The position numbers and the translations under genes are program-made. Source: an uncultured bacterium (GTDB taxonomy: Bacteria; UBP14; UBA6098; B30-G16). From it: DNA of 64,000 bases. Under the pieces are notes generated by a model, which did no database searches, was not told the DNA's origin, and saw only the letters and a list, made by a program, of their open reading frames with translations. This document shows, one piece after another, positions 39,316 to 49,004 of this stretch; position 1 is the stretch's first letter, and each line of letters opens with the position of its first letter. The stretch spans positions 64,001 through 128,000 of the forward strand of contig CBEVQY010000002.1 of NCBI GenBank assembly GCA_965552135.1. Direction: 5' to 3'.

Positions 39316-40607
39316 GCTGGCTTTCGGAGTACAAGCGCAAGCTTTGTAGCTTCGAGGAGGCGGTGTCGGTAGTAAAGAGCGGCGACAGGGTTTACATAAG
39401 CGGTAACGCCGCCACCCCGTTTGAGATTCAAGAGGCTCTTGCGCAGCGCAAGGACGAGCTGCGCGACGTCGAGGTTACCCACGTCCTCCTCTGGGGCGAC
39501 GACCCCCTCTCAAAGCCCGAGATGGAAGGTCACTTCCGGCACAACTCCCTCTTCGTCGGTCCCGGCGACAGAGCCGCAGTCAACGAAGGACGCGCAGACT
39601 ACGTTCCCATATTCCTCTACGAAATCCCGAAGCTCTTCTACTCGGGCGAGATGCCTCTTGACGTCGCATTCGTCCACGTCTCACCGCCCGACGAGCACGG
39701 ATTTATGAGCCTTGGCGTCGAGTGCCTCTGCTCGAAGGCTGCCGTGGAAACGGCTAAGACCGTCGTCGCACAGGTGAACGACCGCATGCCCCGAACGCTC
39801 GGCGACTCATTCATCCACATATCGCAGGTTGACAAGATCGTCGAGGTGTCTCGCGACCTGCCGGAGCTCGTCCCCGCCGAATTCACCGAGTGCGAACGCA
39901 AGATCGGAGAGTACATAGCAGAGCTTGTGGAGGACGGCTCCACGCTCCAGCTGGGGATAGGAGGAATCCCAAACGCCGCCCTGAAGGCAATGGAGGGCAA
40001 AAAGGACCTCGGCGTGCACACGGAGATGGTCTCCGACGGGATAATGGAGGCTATCGAGAAGGGCATCATCACCGGCGCAAGGAAAACCCTGCACCCCTAC
40101 AAGGTCATAGCGACGTTTTTGTTCGGCACAAAGAAGCTGTATGAGTTTGCGCACAACAACCCCATCTTCGAGATACACCCAACCGACTACACCAACGACC
40201 CGTTCGTCATCGCCCAGAACGAGAAGATGGTTGCGATAAACTCTGCCATCGAGGTCGACATAACGGGTCAGGTTTGCTCGGACTCGATAGGTACGCGGAT
40301 TTACTCGGGCTTTGGGGGTCAGGTCGACTTTATCCGCGGCGCTGCGCGCTCGAAAGGCGGGAAGCCGATAATAGCTCTGCCCGCCACAGCCAAGGGAGGT
40401 AAGATCTCGAGGATCGTTCCTGTGCTGAAGCCCGGCGCGGGCGTTGTGACCACGCGCGCCGACGTCCACTACGTCGTCACCGAGTACGGCGTGGCATACC
40501 TCCACGGCAAGAACCTGCGCGAACGGGCGCGAGCACTCATAAACATAGCTGCGCCACAGTTCAGAGAGGAGCTCGAGCGCGCCGCAAAAGAACGAAACCT
40601 GATCTGA
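39312..40607 (+). CDS. Acetyl-CoA hydrolase/CoA-transferase (4-hydroxybutyrate CoA-transferase-like)
   Basis: TLQLGIGGIP, HTEM, SGFGGQVDF.RGA and VTEYG.A.L.GK. Confidence 0.9.
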   Translation: MSWLSEYKRKLCSFEEAVSVVKSGDRVYISGNAATPFEIQEALAQRKDELRDVEVTHVLLWGDDPLSKPEMEGHFRHNSLFVGPGDRAAVNEGRADYVPIFLYEIPKLFYSGEMPLDVAFVHVSPPDEHGFMSLGVECLCSKAAVETAKTVVAQVNDRMPRTLGDSFIHISQVDKIVEVSRDLPELVPAEFTECERKIGEYIAELVEDGSTLQLGIGGIPNAALKAMEGKKDLGVHTEMVSDGIMEAIEKGIITGARKTLHPYKVIATFLFGTKKLYEFAHNNPIFEIHPTDYTNDPFVIAQNEKMVAINSAIEVDITGQVCSDSIGTRIYSGFGGQVDFIRGAARSKGGKPIIALPATAKGGKISRIVPVLKPGAGVVTTRADVHYVVTEYGVAYLHGKNLRERARALINIAAPQFREELERAAKERNLI

Positions 40608-40610
40608 GCT

Positions 40611-41468
40611 ATGCCCCAGGCGCCGCCGCGAGAGTACATCGAAAAGCTCGTACGCCTCGAGCTTGAAACAGACATAGGCGCAGGCGACGTAACAAGCTCC
40701 TCCGTCCTGCCAGAGGGCGCGAGGGCGGAAGGGGTCGTTCTGGCGAAGGCGGAGGGAGTGGTTGCAGGCATGCCCTTCGCCGAGGCGACGTTCAGGCTCC
40801 TTTCGGAGGACGTTGCGTTCGAGCCGCTCGTGTTCGACGGCGCGCGGGTCAAACCACACGATGTCCTGGCGCGGGTTCGTGGTCCTGCGCGGATGGTGCT
40901 TGCTGCCGAAAGAACGGCGCTCAACTTCCTGTGCCACCTGTCCGGCGTCGCAACCCTCACAAGGAGGTTCGTCGACGCCGTCGCGGGAACGAAGGCGAAG
41001 GTCCTCGACACGCGCAAGACGCTGCCGGGGCTGCGCCCGGCGCAGAAATACGCCGTCCGCTGCGGCGGTGGCGAAAACCACAGAATGGGGCTCTTCGACA
41101 TGATCCTCGTGAAGGACAACCACATCGCCGCGGCAGGCGGGATAGAGAAGGCGCTCGATGCGCTCTTTGGGCGCGGAAAGCCAGAGCTTCCCGTCGAGGT
41201 CGAGGTCGCATCGCTCGGGGAGCTTGAGGTCGCGCTGAGATACCCGGTCGACAGGATCATGCTCGACAATTTTTCGCCCCGGCAGGTCGAGGAGGCGCTT
41301 GCGCTTCGCGAAAGGCTTGGCAAAGACGTGCCGTTTGAGTGCAGCGGCGGGATAACCCTCGAAAACGTCCGCGCGTACGCGGAAACGGGGGTGGAGTACA
41401 TCTCCATCGGTGCGCTGACGCACTCGGCGCCCCAGCTCGATATATCGCTTGAGCTGCGGATAAGCTAA
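40611..41468 (+). CDS. nadC: Quinolinate phosphoribosyltransferase
   Basis: ERTALN, DTRKT.PG, NHR.GL.D, KDNH, EVEV, IMLDN, SGGI and GALTHS. Confidence 0.95.
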   Translation: MPQAPPREYIEKLVRLELETDIGAGDVTSSSVLPEGARAEGVVLAKAEGVVAGMPFAEATFRLLSEDVAFEPLVFDGARVKPHDVLARVRGPARMVLAAERTALNFLCHLSGVATLTRRFVDAVAGTKAKVLDTRKTLPGLRPAQKYAVRCGGGENHRMGLFDMILVKDNHIAAAGGIEKALDALFGRGKPELPVEVEVASLGELEVALRYPVDRIMLDNFSPRQVEEALALRERLGKDVPFECSGGITLENVRAYAETGVEYISIGALTHSAPQLDISLELRIS

Positions 41469-42781
41469 CGCAGCTTCGCCCGCGCAAGGATTTCCCGCGC
41501 CGCACGCTCCGCAGAAGCGATTACCTCATCAACGGAAACGCCAACGGGCGCACCATCCCTCACAACGACCCTGCCGCCAACAACCACACACTCAACGTTC
41601 TCCGGACCTGCGCCGTAGAGGATCTGGGAGTACACATCGTCCGACATCGGCGCCACCGACTGGGGTTTCCGCAGGTCGAGGACGACAAGGTCGGCAAGGA
41701 AGCCCGGCTTTATCTTCCCCGCAGCAAGCCCCAAGGCTTCTGCGGCATCTGCGGTGGCAAACGACAAAACGGTCGACGCCGAAAGAGCACTCGCACCATA
41801 CTTCACCTTCTGCAGAAGGGCAGCAAGCCTCAGGTCTCGCCAGATGTCGTAGCGGTTGTTGCAGCCAGCGCCGTCGGAGCCAACGAGAACACCGATCCCC
41901 ATCTCGACCATCCTCACCACGTCGGCGATGCCCGACGCAAGCTTCAGGTTCGCGCCGGGGCAGTGGAGGACGTGTGCCCCGCTTTCCCGAAGCATGCCAA
42001 GCTCTGCGTCGTCCAGGTGGATGCAGTGCGCGACGAAAGCCCTTTCAGAAAGCGCGCCGAGCCTGAAGAGCGCCTCGATGTTCCCCCAGCCGTACCTCTC
42101 GCGGAACAGCCTGGTCTCCTCTTCGTTCTCCGAGGCGTGTGTGTGGATTTTGGCGCCGGCTTCGTTGGCGAGGGCGACTATCTTGCCCCACATGCGGTCG
42201 GTCACGCCCAGGAGGAACCGCGGGCAGAGGACGTACTCCGCCGCAGGTGCACCCTCGTATTCGGAGAGCATCTTCTCCGCAAGCTTTATCTGCTTTTCTG
42301 CGGATGGGAGTGCAGCCGCGGGCGGCCAGAGGTCCACGTTGTCGGCAATCGCAAGCCCCGAGAACACCCGCAGACCAACCTCCGCGCAGGCGTCGAATAC
42401 AGCCCTCTGATGATCGAACGTTCCGAAGTCGAGCGCCGTCGTCACCCCCGAAAGCAAAAGCTCCAAAGCCCCAAGAGCCGCAGACGCGTAGAGGGTGTCG
42501 TAGCTGTGGGCAAGCTCAAGGGGAACCGTTCGCCTCTCGAGCCACTCCAGAAGCGGCATATCCTCCGCAGTCGCCCGGAATATCGTCTGGCAGAGGTGGA
42601 CGTGTCCCTGCACAAGCCCGGGGAGAACGACCTTCCCCGCGGCGTCGATGACGTCTGCCCCTTGAGCCTCAAGCCCATCGCCGACGCGAGCAATGCGCTC
42701 GCCGTCGACGAGGACGTCCGCCACGCGGGGCTCGGTCCCGTCGAAGGGAACGATGAGCCCGCCCTTTATGAGGATCGCCAT
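41465..42781 (-). CDS. Amidohydrolase (MtaD / 5'-deoxyadenosine deaminase-like)
   Basis: PGLVQGHVH, HTHASE, AHC, HCP..NLKLASG and GSDG..CNN. Confidence 0.85.
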   Translation of the reverse strand: MAILIKGGLIVPFDGTEPRVADVLVDGERIARVGDGLEAQGADVIDAAGKVVLPGLVQGHVHLCQTIFRATAEDMPLLEWLERRTVPLELAHSYDTLYASAALGALELLLSGVTTALDFGTFDHQRAVFDACAEVGLRVFSGLAIADNVDLWPPAAALPSAEKQIKLAEKMLSEYEGAPAAEYVLCPRFLLGVTDRMWGKIVALANEAGAKIHTHASENEEETRLFRERYGWGNIEALFRLGALSERAFVAHCIHLDDAELGMLRESGAHVLHCPGANLKLASGIADVVRMVEMGIGVLVGSDGAGCNNRYDIWRDLRLAALLQKVKYGASALSASTVLSFATADAAEALGLAAGKIKPGFLADLVVLDLRKPQSVAPMSDDVYSQILYGAGPENVECVVVGGRVVVRDGAPVGVSVDEVIASAERAAREILARAKLR

Positions 42782-42803
42782 CGCAAAACCTCCGCCAAAA
42801 GCG

Positions 42804-43655
42804 CTAAGCCTTCTTCACGACCACGTAGCTTCTGGGTCCGCGGCGAAATACCCTCCTCATCAGGGCAGCGACACCAACCAGCCTGAGGAGCTCGTACACA
42901 GCGCCGCTCAGAAGCGCCTGCGCGAAGACCAAGAATCTGATCAGTCTGCGCGGAAGCCCAAGCCTCTCCGCGAGCTTTATTGCGGCACCAAACGCCGCAT
43001 CGAAAACACGACCCCAAAGGCGCATCTCCCGCTCGAAGTCGCCGCGCTCCAGAACCGCAAGCCCAAAGCTTTCGGCAAGCTCGGCAAGCTCCTCGGGCCT
43101 AAACGCCGTGTGGATGTATCGCTCGCCCTCAACGCCGAAGCAACGCAGCACACCAACGTCCACAAGGTGCGGTCTTTTTTTGTGCCAGTTGGGGCAGGTG
43201 ATGACGGCAACGCCGCCCGGCGCAAGCAATCGCGCAATCTCCGAAAAACAAAGCCTTGGCTCAGGCAGATGCTCAACCGTCTCGCTGCAGACGATAAAGT
43301 CGAAAGCCCCCGTCCGGAGGGGAACCCTTTGGGCATCGCCGCAGATGAGGTTAGCCTCCGCAACCTTTCGCCTGGCGCGAAAGAGAACCGCAGGGGAGAC
43401 ATCCAGACCAAAGAGCCTGAGTTTCGAAAAAATGCGCTTCGCCTCACGCAGATATACCCCCGCCCCACAACCAACATCGAGCCAAGCGCCCTCCCTGCCG
43501 TACCGCCGGAGAAGTTGCCGCACAAACCTCCGCCTCGCCCTGCCCCAGCCGCTTAAGTAAACTATCCTCTCCTCGGGATAGAGCCTGCCTACAGCTTCGT
43601 AGAAGGCGAAGTAGTCTTTGGGGTTAAAGCTCGACCTCCTTGTGTCGGGCTGCAT
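42804..43655 (-). CDS. Class I SAM-dependent methyltransferase
   Basis: LDVGCGAG, GDA..P...FD, ETVEH and L.PGG. Start uncertain because it overlaps the upstream gene by 32 nt. Confidence 0.8.
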   Translation of the reverse strand: MQPDTRRSSFNPKDYFAFYEAVGRLYPEERIVYLSGWGRARRRFVRQLLRRYGREGAWLDVGCGAGVYLREAKRIFSKLRLFGLDVSPAVLFRARRKVAEANLICGDAQRVPLRTGAFDFIVCSETVEHLPEPRLCFSEIARLLAPGGVAVITCPNWHKKRPHLVDVGVLRCFGVEGERYIHTAFRPEELAELAESFGLAVLERGDFEREMRLWGRVFDAAFGAAIKLAERLGLPRRLIRFLVFAQALLSGAVYELLRLVGVAALMRRVFRRGPRSYVVVKKA

Positions 43656-44469
43656 GGCAGTTGAGGTTAACGGCGACGGGGAAGGTCGCTATGTGCAGAG
43701 GATACTGCTCTATGAACACCTCAAGCGCCGTCGTCCTGCCGCCTAAACCCATAGGACCTATGCCGAGCTTGTTGATCTCCTCCAGAAGCTCCTGCTCGAG
43801 CTCGGCGTAGAAGGGATCGGGGTTACGCTGCCCTATTTTGCGCAAAAGCGCCTTTTTGGCAAGCCAGGCGCACTTGTCGAACGTTCCGCCAACGCCAACG
43901 CCAACTATCACCGGCGGACACGGGTTCCCGCCCGCCTGATCAACGGTCTCGATGACGAAGCGCTTGAAACCCTCAACGCCATCCGCCGGCTTGAGCATCT
44001 TTATCCTGCTCATGTTCTCGCTCCCGCCGCCCTTGGGCGCAACAACTATCCTGAGCCTGTCGCCCGGAACTACGTCGAACCATATGACGGGCGGGGTGTT
44101 GTCGCCGGAGTTCGGCTCGCGCTTCAGGGGATCAAGCAAAATGCTTTTGCGAAGGTACCCCTCGGTGTAGCCCTTCGCAACGCCTTTTGTGATCGCATCC
44201 TTTATGTTGCCGCCCACAACCTTAACGTCCTCGCCGATCTCGACGAAGAGGACGGTAAAGCCGGTGTCCTGGCAAAGCGGCATACGCTCCTGGGCTGCAA
44301 CGTCGTGGTTCTCGAGGATCTGGCGCAATATCTCCCTGCCTACGGGCGACTCCTCCTTCTCGTACATCTCCTCTATCCTGCGGCGAACGTCCTCGGGGAT
44401 GTAGTAGTTGGCGTCCATACAAAGCTTCGCCACTGCCTCGGTGATCTTTTCTGCTGGAATCTCCCTCAT
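43624..44469 (-). CDS. Fe-S fumarate hydratase / tartrate dehydratase alpha subunit
   Basis: [35 protein letters not shown] and NCHAARH. Confidence 0.92.
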   Translation of the reverse strand: MREIPAEKITEAVAKLCMDANYYIPEDVRRRIEEMYEKEESPVGREILRQILENHDVAAQERMPLCQDTGFTVLFVEIGEDVKVVGGNIKDAITKGVAKGYTEGYLRKSILLDPLKREPNSGDNTPPVIWFDVVPGDRLRIVVAPKGGGSENMSRIKMLKPADGVEGFKRFVIETVDQAGGNPCPPVIVGVGVGGTFDKCAWLAKKALLRKIGQRNPDPFYAELEQELLEEINKLGIGPMGLGGRTTALEVFIEQYPLHIATFPVAVNLNCHAARHKEVEL

Positions 44470-44488
44470 CTCTACCCTCCAGGCTTTC

Positions 44489-45172
44489 TTACCTTCGCGC
44501 GTCGATTATTGTCCGCTCCACTTCGCACTGCAAAAGCTCCTTCACAAAAGCCTCTATGCCCAGCGATGCGCGGTACAGGCTCGCGCGGGGGGATATACCC
44601 TGCACGGTGAGGATCCTGTTTGCCTCGTCCACGACGACCTCCGTGGGCTGGACCTTGACCACATCGGCGCCGAAGCTGCGCACAAACTCGACCATGCTGG
44701 CGTCGTCACCCACGGTGATTATCGGCTTGACCTTCGCCCTCAGGATGAAAGCCAGAAGCACCGCGCCGTATCCCATCGCCCCCAGTGGCTTTTCGCGCAC
44801 AAAGAGCCCAGCCACAAGGTCGCGCAGCTCCGCAAGGACCTGCGCCTCGGTGCCGTCGCGCAAAATCGACGACAAAACCTTGACGCAGCCCAAACCGCCG
44901 GGGATGATGAGCGCATCGAGCTTCCGCGCATCGACCTCGCCTATCCTGAAAACCTCGCCCCTGAACACCTTCCGCGCCTCATCGACGAAGTCGCGGACGG
45001 GCGCCGCCTTACGCCTCGGACCAGGAATGCGACGCTCAACGCTCTCCAAAGGAACAAGCGGCATCGGCTTGGCGCTGCAGCGCTCAAGCTCACGAAGCAA
45101 AAAGACAACGTCCCAAATCGAACTCCCCTCCTCAAAACCAAGACCCGAAAAAACTACACCCACCTTCTTCAT
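44489..45172 (-). CDS. ElbB-like DJ-1/PfpI family protein with altered catalytic residues
   Basis: KKVGVVFSG.G..EGS, DALIIPGG.G..K.LS, KPLGA and VVVDE.NRILT. Confidence 0.75.
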   Translation of the reverse strand: MKKVGVVFSGLGFEEGSSIWDVVFLLRELERCSAKPMPLVPLESVERRIPGPRRKAAPVRDFVDEARKVFRGEVFRIGEVDARKLDALIIPGGLGCVKVLSSILRDGTEAQVLAELRDLVAGLFVREKPLGAMGYGAVLLAFILRAKVKPIITVGDDASMVEFVRSFGADVVKVQPTEVVVDEANRILTVQGISPRASLYRASLGIEAFVKELLQCEVERTIIDARR

Positions 45173-45265
45173 AGCCTTCTGGAATTAAAGCCTATCCAAC
45201 CCTCCCCACAAGCAAAAACTTCCTCTTGACAAAACGCCCCTGGGGGCGTATTTATGTTCTTGGGT

Positions 45266-45342
<77 letters not shown>

Positions 45343-45359
45343 TTTTTATTTGGTTTGAC

Positions 45360-45387
45360 AAGCCCCCGAAGGGGGCTTTAGTTTTTT
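45360..45387 (+). terminator. Intrinsic terminator after tRNA-Val
   Basis: AAGCCCCC-GAA-GGGGGCTT hairpin followed by TAGTTTTTT. Confidence 0.65.
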
Positions 45388-45390
45388 GGC

Positions 45391-46602
45391 GTGGAGGGGC
45401 GCAAGCCGATAAGGGTTTCGGAGCTTGTGAGGACCGCCCGCGCCCTTGTGGAGGGTGGCTTTCCCGGCGGGGTTTGGGTTCTGGGCGAGGTTCGTCAGTT
45501 CAAGGTGCACTCGTCGGGGCACTGGTACTTCGTCCTGAGGGACGAGGCGGCGCAGGTAAACTGCGTTATGTGGCGCAGCGACAACGCAACCCTCGGCTGG
45601 ACCCCGCAGGACGGCATCGAGGTCGAGGCGTTCGCACAGCCGACGATATTCGAAAAGCAGGGGCGGTTCCAGCTTATGGTGAGGCGCATGCTTCCCGCTG
45701 GTAAGGGCGCCAGAGCCATCGCCTTCGAGATGCTGAAGAAAAAGCTTGCAGCCGAGGGGCTGTTCGACAAAGCACACAAGAAGGCGCTTCCGCCCTTCCC
45801 GATGACGATAGGCGTCGTGACGTCGATCACCGGCGCGGCGATAAGGGACATCCTCAACATCCTCCGCCGTCGCGCCCCGTGGGTCACCGTGATAGTGCGC
45901 AACACGCTGGTCCAGGGGGAGGACGCCCCCGCCGACATAGTGCGCGCCATCGAGGAGTTCAATCGCTTCGGCGAGGTCGACCTCCTCATAGTCGGCAGGG
46001 GCGGAGGGTCCGAGGAGGACCTTTGGTGCTTCAACGACGAGGCGGTGGCGCGGGCTATCTTCGCATCGAGGATACCGATAATCTCAGCCGTTGGGCACGA
46101 GATCGACATAAGCATTTCGGACTTTGTCGCTGATCTCCGCGCGCCGACGCCGTCTGCGGCGGCGGAGCTTGCTGTGCCCGACAGAGCCGAGCTTCTGCGC
46201 CGCATCGGGATGCTACTGCGACGCGCCGCAACAAACATCGTCGCCCTCACAACAAAATACCGCGCAGCGCTGCAAAGCGCGGCACAAAGGCTTGAGTTCG
46301 CAAGCCCAAAGCACAGAATAGATGAGCTCCGCCAACGCCTCGACGCCGCACTCGAAAGCGCGCAAAAAGCCATAAGGCTCCTCTTCGAGCGCAGGAGGAC
46401 CAAGCTTTCGCACCTTGCGGAGAAGCTCAGCCTTCTTTCGGTGGAGCGCATACTGGCGCGGGGGTTTTCGATAGTAAGGCACAGGGGCACAGTCGTTCGA
46501 AGCGCAGAACAGCTCTCCGAAGGCGACGAGATAGATATACAGTTCTATCGCGGCGGGGCTTGCGCAAAGGTTGCCACAATAAAACCCAGCGAGGCATCAT
46601 GA
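45391..46602 (+). CDS. xseA: Exodeoxyribonuclease VII large subunit
   Basis: SGHWYF.L.D, L.AEGLF, GAAIRD, GRGGGS.EDL..FN, VGHE.D and APTPSAAAE. Confidence 0.95.
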   Translation: MEGRKPIRVSELVRTARALVEGGFPGGVWVLGEVRQFKVHSSGHWYFVLRDEAAQVNCVMWRSDNATLGWTPQDGIEVEAFAQPTIFEKQGRFQLMVRRMLPAGKGARAIAFEMLKKKLAAEGLFDKAHKKALPPFPMTIGVVTSITGAAIRDILNILRRRAPWVTVIVRNTLVQGEDAPADIVRAIEEFNRFGEVDLLIVGRGGGSEEDLWCFNDEAVARAIFASRIPIISAVGHEIDISISDFVADLRAPTPSAAAELAVPDRAELLRRIGMLLRRAATNIVALTTKYRAALQSAAQRLEFASPKHRIDELRQRLDAALESAQKAIRLLFERRRTKLSHLAEKLSLLSVERILARGFSIVRHRGTVVRSAEQLSEGDEIDIQFYRGGACAKVATIKPSEAS

Positions 46603-46787
46603 AGAAAAGCGGCGACCTTACGGTATGGGTGGTGATACTTGTGATCATCGCCTTTTCGCTTCTTTCGGGCGATTTCGCCGAAACGACCACGGACTTCTTC
46701 CTGAACCACAGCCTTACGATCTTGCTTGTGGCGCTGGGAATGCTTTATTGGTGGTATAAGACGGACAGGAGAAGAGATGGCAGATAG
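46599..46787 (+). CDS. Small two-TM membrane protein, function unknown
   Basis: 62 aa with two hydrophobic helices. It overlaps the xseA stop (ATGA) and the start of the next gene. Confidence 0.65.
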   Translation: MKKSGDLTVWVVILVIIAFSLLSGDFAETTTDFFLNHSLTILLVALGMLYWWYKTDRRRDGR

Positions 46788-49002
46788 AGCTAAAAAAGGG
46801 GATCCCTTTGGTCAGATAAAGAAGCTTGTTTCGCTTCGCGGCGAGCCTGAGCTTCAGGAGGCTTGGCGCAAGCTTGAGCCCTTCCTCAGGGAACGCTGGC
46901 GCGAGCTGCCCGAGCGCATCTTCGACCTAACCGAGTGGACCGAACCCTCCGAAACGCTGTCGCTTGTGCTTGAGATCATAAAGTCACTCCCCGGCAACCT
47001 CCCCATAAACCAGATAGCCGACCGCGCGGCGGAGATAATAACCAAAAAGCTTGGCTTCAAGGTTGTGCTCATAAGTCTTTTCGACCCCGCGCAGGGCGTG
47101 TTTGTCCGCACAGCACAGAGGGGGATCCCCAAGCGGAAGTTCGAAAAGCTAAAGAAGGAGCCCGTGCCGCCCTCCTACTACGAAAAGTACATGAAGGACG
47201 AGTTTAAGGTGAGCAACTCGTACCTTGTGAGGTGGTGGCACTCCAAGGGCGACGACGCCTTTTCGTACATTCCCCCCTCCGACGAGGACTCGGAGTGGCG
47301 CCCCAACGACATGCTGCTTGTTCCGATCCTAAGCCTCGACGGCAAGCTTTTGGGCATGATATCCGTCGACAAGCCGCCCGGCGGCAAGGTGCCGTCGCGG
47401 AACCTCATAGTGGCGCTTGAGGTTTTAGCGGCGGAGATGTCGCGCGCAATCGAGGAGGCGAGGATCTACGAGCGCACAGAAAGGCGCCTGGCGCAGATGG
47501 AGTTTCTGTACGAGATAAGCTCGCGGGCAAACCTCATGCGCGACGAAAAGGAGTTCCTGAAAAGGCTTTGCACATCACTCAGGGAGCGCTTTCAGCTTCT
47601 GTGGGCGGGAGTTCTTTTGAGCGACAGCGACACGGGCACCCTATATGTAGCCGCCCAGGACGGGCTTGACGACATACGCTTCAACGGCATCCGCTACAAG
47701 ATAGGCAAGGACGGCGGCGTTGCGGGAAGTGTTGCCGCAACGGGACAGTACAAGATCATAAACGACATAACCGCCGGCAGGCAGAGGTATCTGCCCTTCC
47801 ACCACAAGGCGCGCTCGGAGCTTGCCGTGCCCATACGGCAGAAGGAGCGGGTTTCGGGTGTGCTTGTGATAGAGTCCGAGCGCCCCAACGCGTTCACCCA
47901 GGAGGACAGGCGCTTCCTCAGAACCGTCGCCAACCAGGTTGCGTCTGCGCTCGAGAACTTCGCCGCAAACCTCGCCCGCGAAGACGAACTGAGGATCCGA
48001 CGCGCCCTCTTCGAGGTCGGAAACGTACTGAGCTCAACACTCGAGCCCGCAAGGCTCTTCAGAAAGATCACAGACATCCTGCGCAACACTTTCAACTACA
48101 CAAGCACGGCGCTCTTCCTTATGGACGAAAAGGGCGAATACCTTGTGCTCAAAGCCTTTGCGGGGAGCATGGAGCATGAAGTCGACAAGTTCAGGCTCAG
48201 GGTTGGCAGAGAAGGCATCGTGGGCTTTGTGGCGAGCACGGGCAGAAAGCTGAACCTGCCCGATGTGTCGAATTTCCCCATGTACGTCCACGGCTTCCCG
48301 GGGGTGAAGTCGGCTTTGGCTGTTCCGATAACGTACCAGGGCAAGGTTTTGGGCGTGCTCGACGTCGAAAGCGAAAAGTACAACGCCTTCACCGAGAGGG
48401 ACGAACAACTCCTGGAGCTTTTCGCAAGCCAGATAGCGGTTGCGCTTGTGAACGCAAGGCTTTACGAAAAGCTCGAGGCGCTCGCCACAACGGACGGTCT
48501 TACGGGTCTTTTAAACTACCGCGCCTTTATGGATAACCTCAAGCGCGAAGTCCGCAGGGCGAAGCGCCTGAACCACCCCCTGGCGCTCCTTTTCGCCGAC
48601 ATAGACCGCTTCAAAACGTACAACGACAGCTTTGGTCATCCTCGCGGCGACGAGGTCCTGAAGCTTTTTGCCGAGATCGCCCGCAAGAGCTTAAGAGAGG
48701 ATATCGATATCGCTGCGCGCTACGGCGGCGAGGAGTTTGCGCTGCTTGTGCCCGAAGCCACGAAAGAGGAGGCTGTGGACGTCGCCGAAAGGATAAGGAG
48801 GGCTTTTAAGCAGCAAAGCGCCAAGCGTCTTCTGCGGGAGGTGACGGTGTCTTTTGGCGTTGCGTGTTACCCCGACGATGCCGACGACGCCGAAACGCTC
48901 CTCAAAGCCGCCGACGAAGCCCTTTACGAAGCCAAATCACGGGGCAGAAACAGGACCTGCACAGCCGGACGCCCCAAGCCCAAAAGGGCGCGCAAAAGGT
49001 GA
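46777..49002 (+). CDS. Cytoplasmic diguanylate cyclase with three GAF domains
   Basis: GAF motifs (LLVPI..GMI, SELAVPI, SALAVPI...GVL..ES....FT..D), TDGLTGL.N and RYGGEEF. Confidence 0.9.
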   Translation: MADRAKKGDPFGQIKKLVSLRGEPELQEAWRKLEPFLRERWRELPERIFDLTEWTEPSETLSLVLEIIKSLPGNLPINQIADRAAEIITKKLGFKVVLISLFDPAQGVFVRTAQRGIPKRKFEKLKKEPVPPSYYEKYMKDEFKVSNSYLVRWWHSKGDDAFSYIPPSDEDSEWRPNDMLLVPILSLDGKLLGMISVDKPPGGKVPSRNLIVALEVLAAEMSRAIEEARIYERTERRLAQMEFLYEISSRANLMRDEKEFLKRLCTSLRERFQLLWAGVLLSDSDTGTLYVAAQDGLDDIRFNGIRYKIGKDGGVAGSVAATGQYKIINDITAGRQRYLPFHHKARSELAVPIRQKERVSGVLVIESERPNAFTQEDRRFLRTVANQVASALENFAANLAREDELRIRRALFEVGNVLSSTLEPARLFRKITDILRNTFNYTSTALFLMDEKGEYLVLKAFAGSMEHEVDKFRLRVGREGIVGFVASTGRKLNLPDVSNFPMYVHGFPGVKSALAVPITYQGKVLGVLDVESEKYNAFTERDEQLLELFASQIAVALVNARLYEKLEALATTDGLTGLLNYRAFMDNLKREVRRAKRLNHPLALLFADIDRFKTYNDSFGHPRGDEVLKLFAEIARKSLREDIDIAARYGGEEFALLVPEATKEEAVDVAERIRRAFKQQSAKRLLREVTVSFGVACYPDDADDAETLLKAADEALYEAKSRGRNRTCTAGRPKPKRARKR

Positions 49003-49004
49003 CG

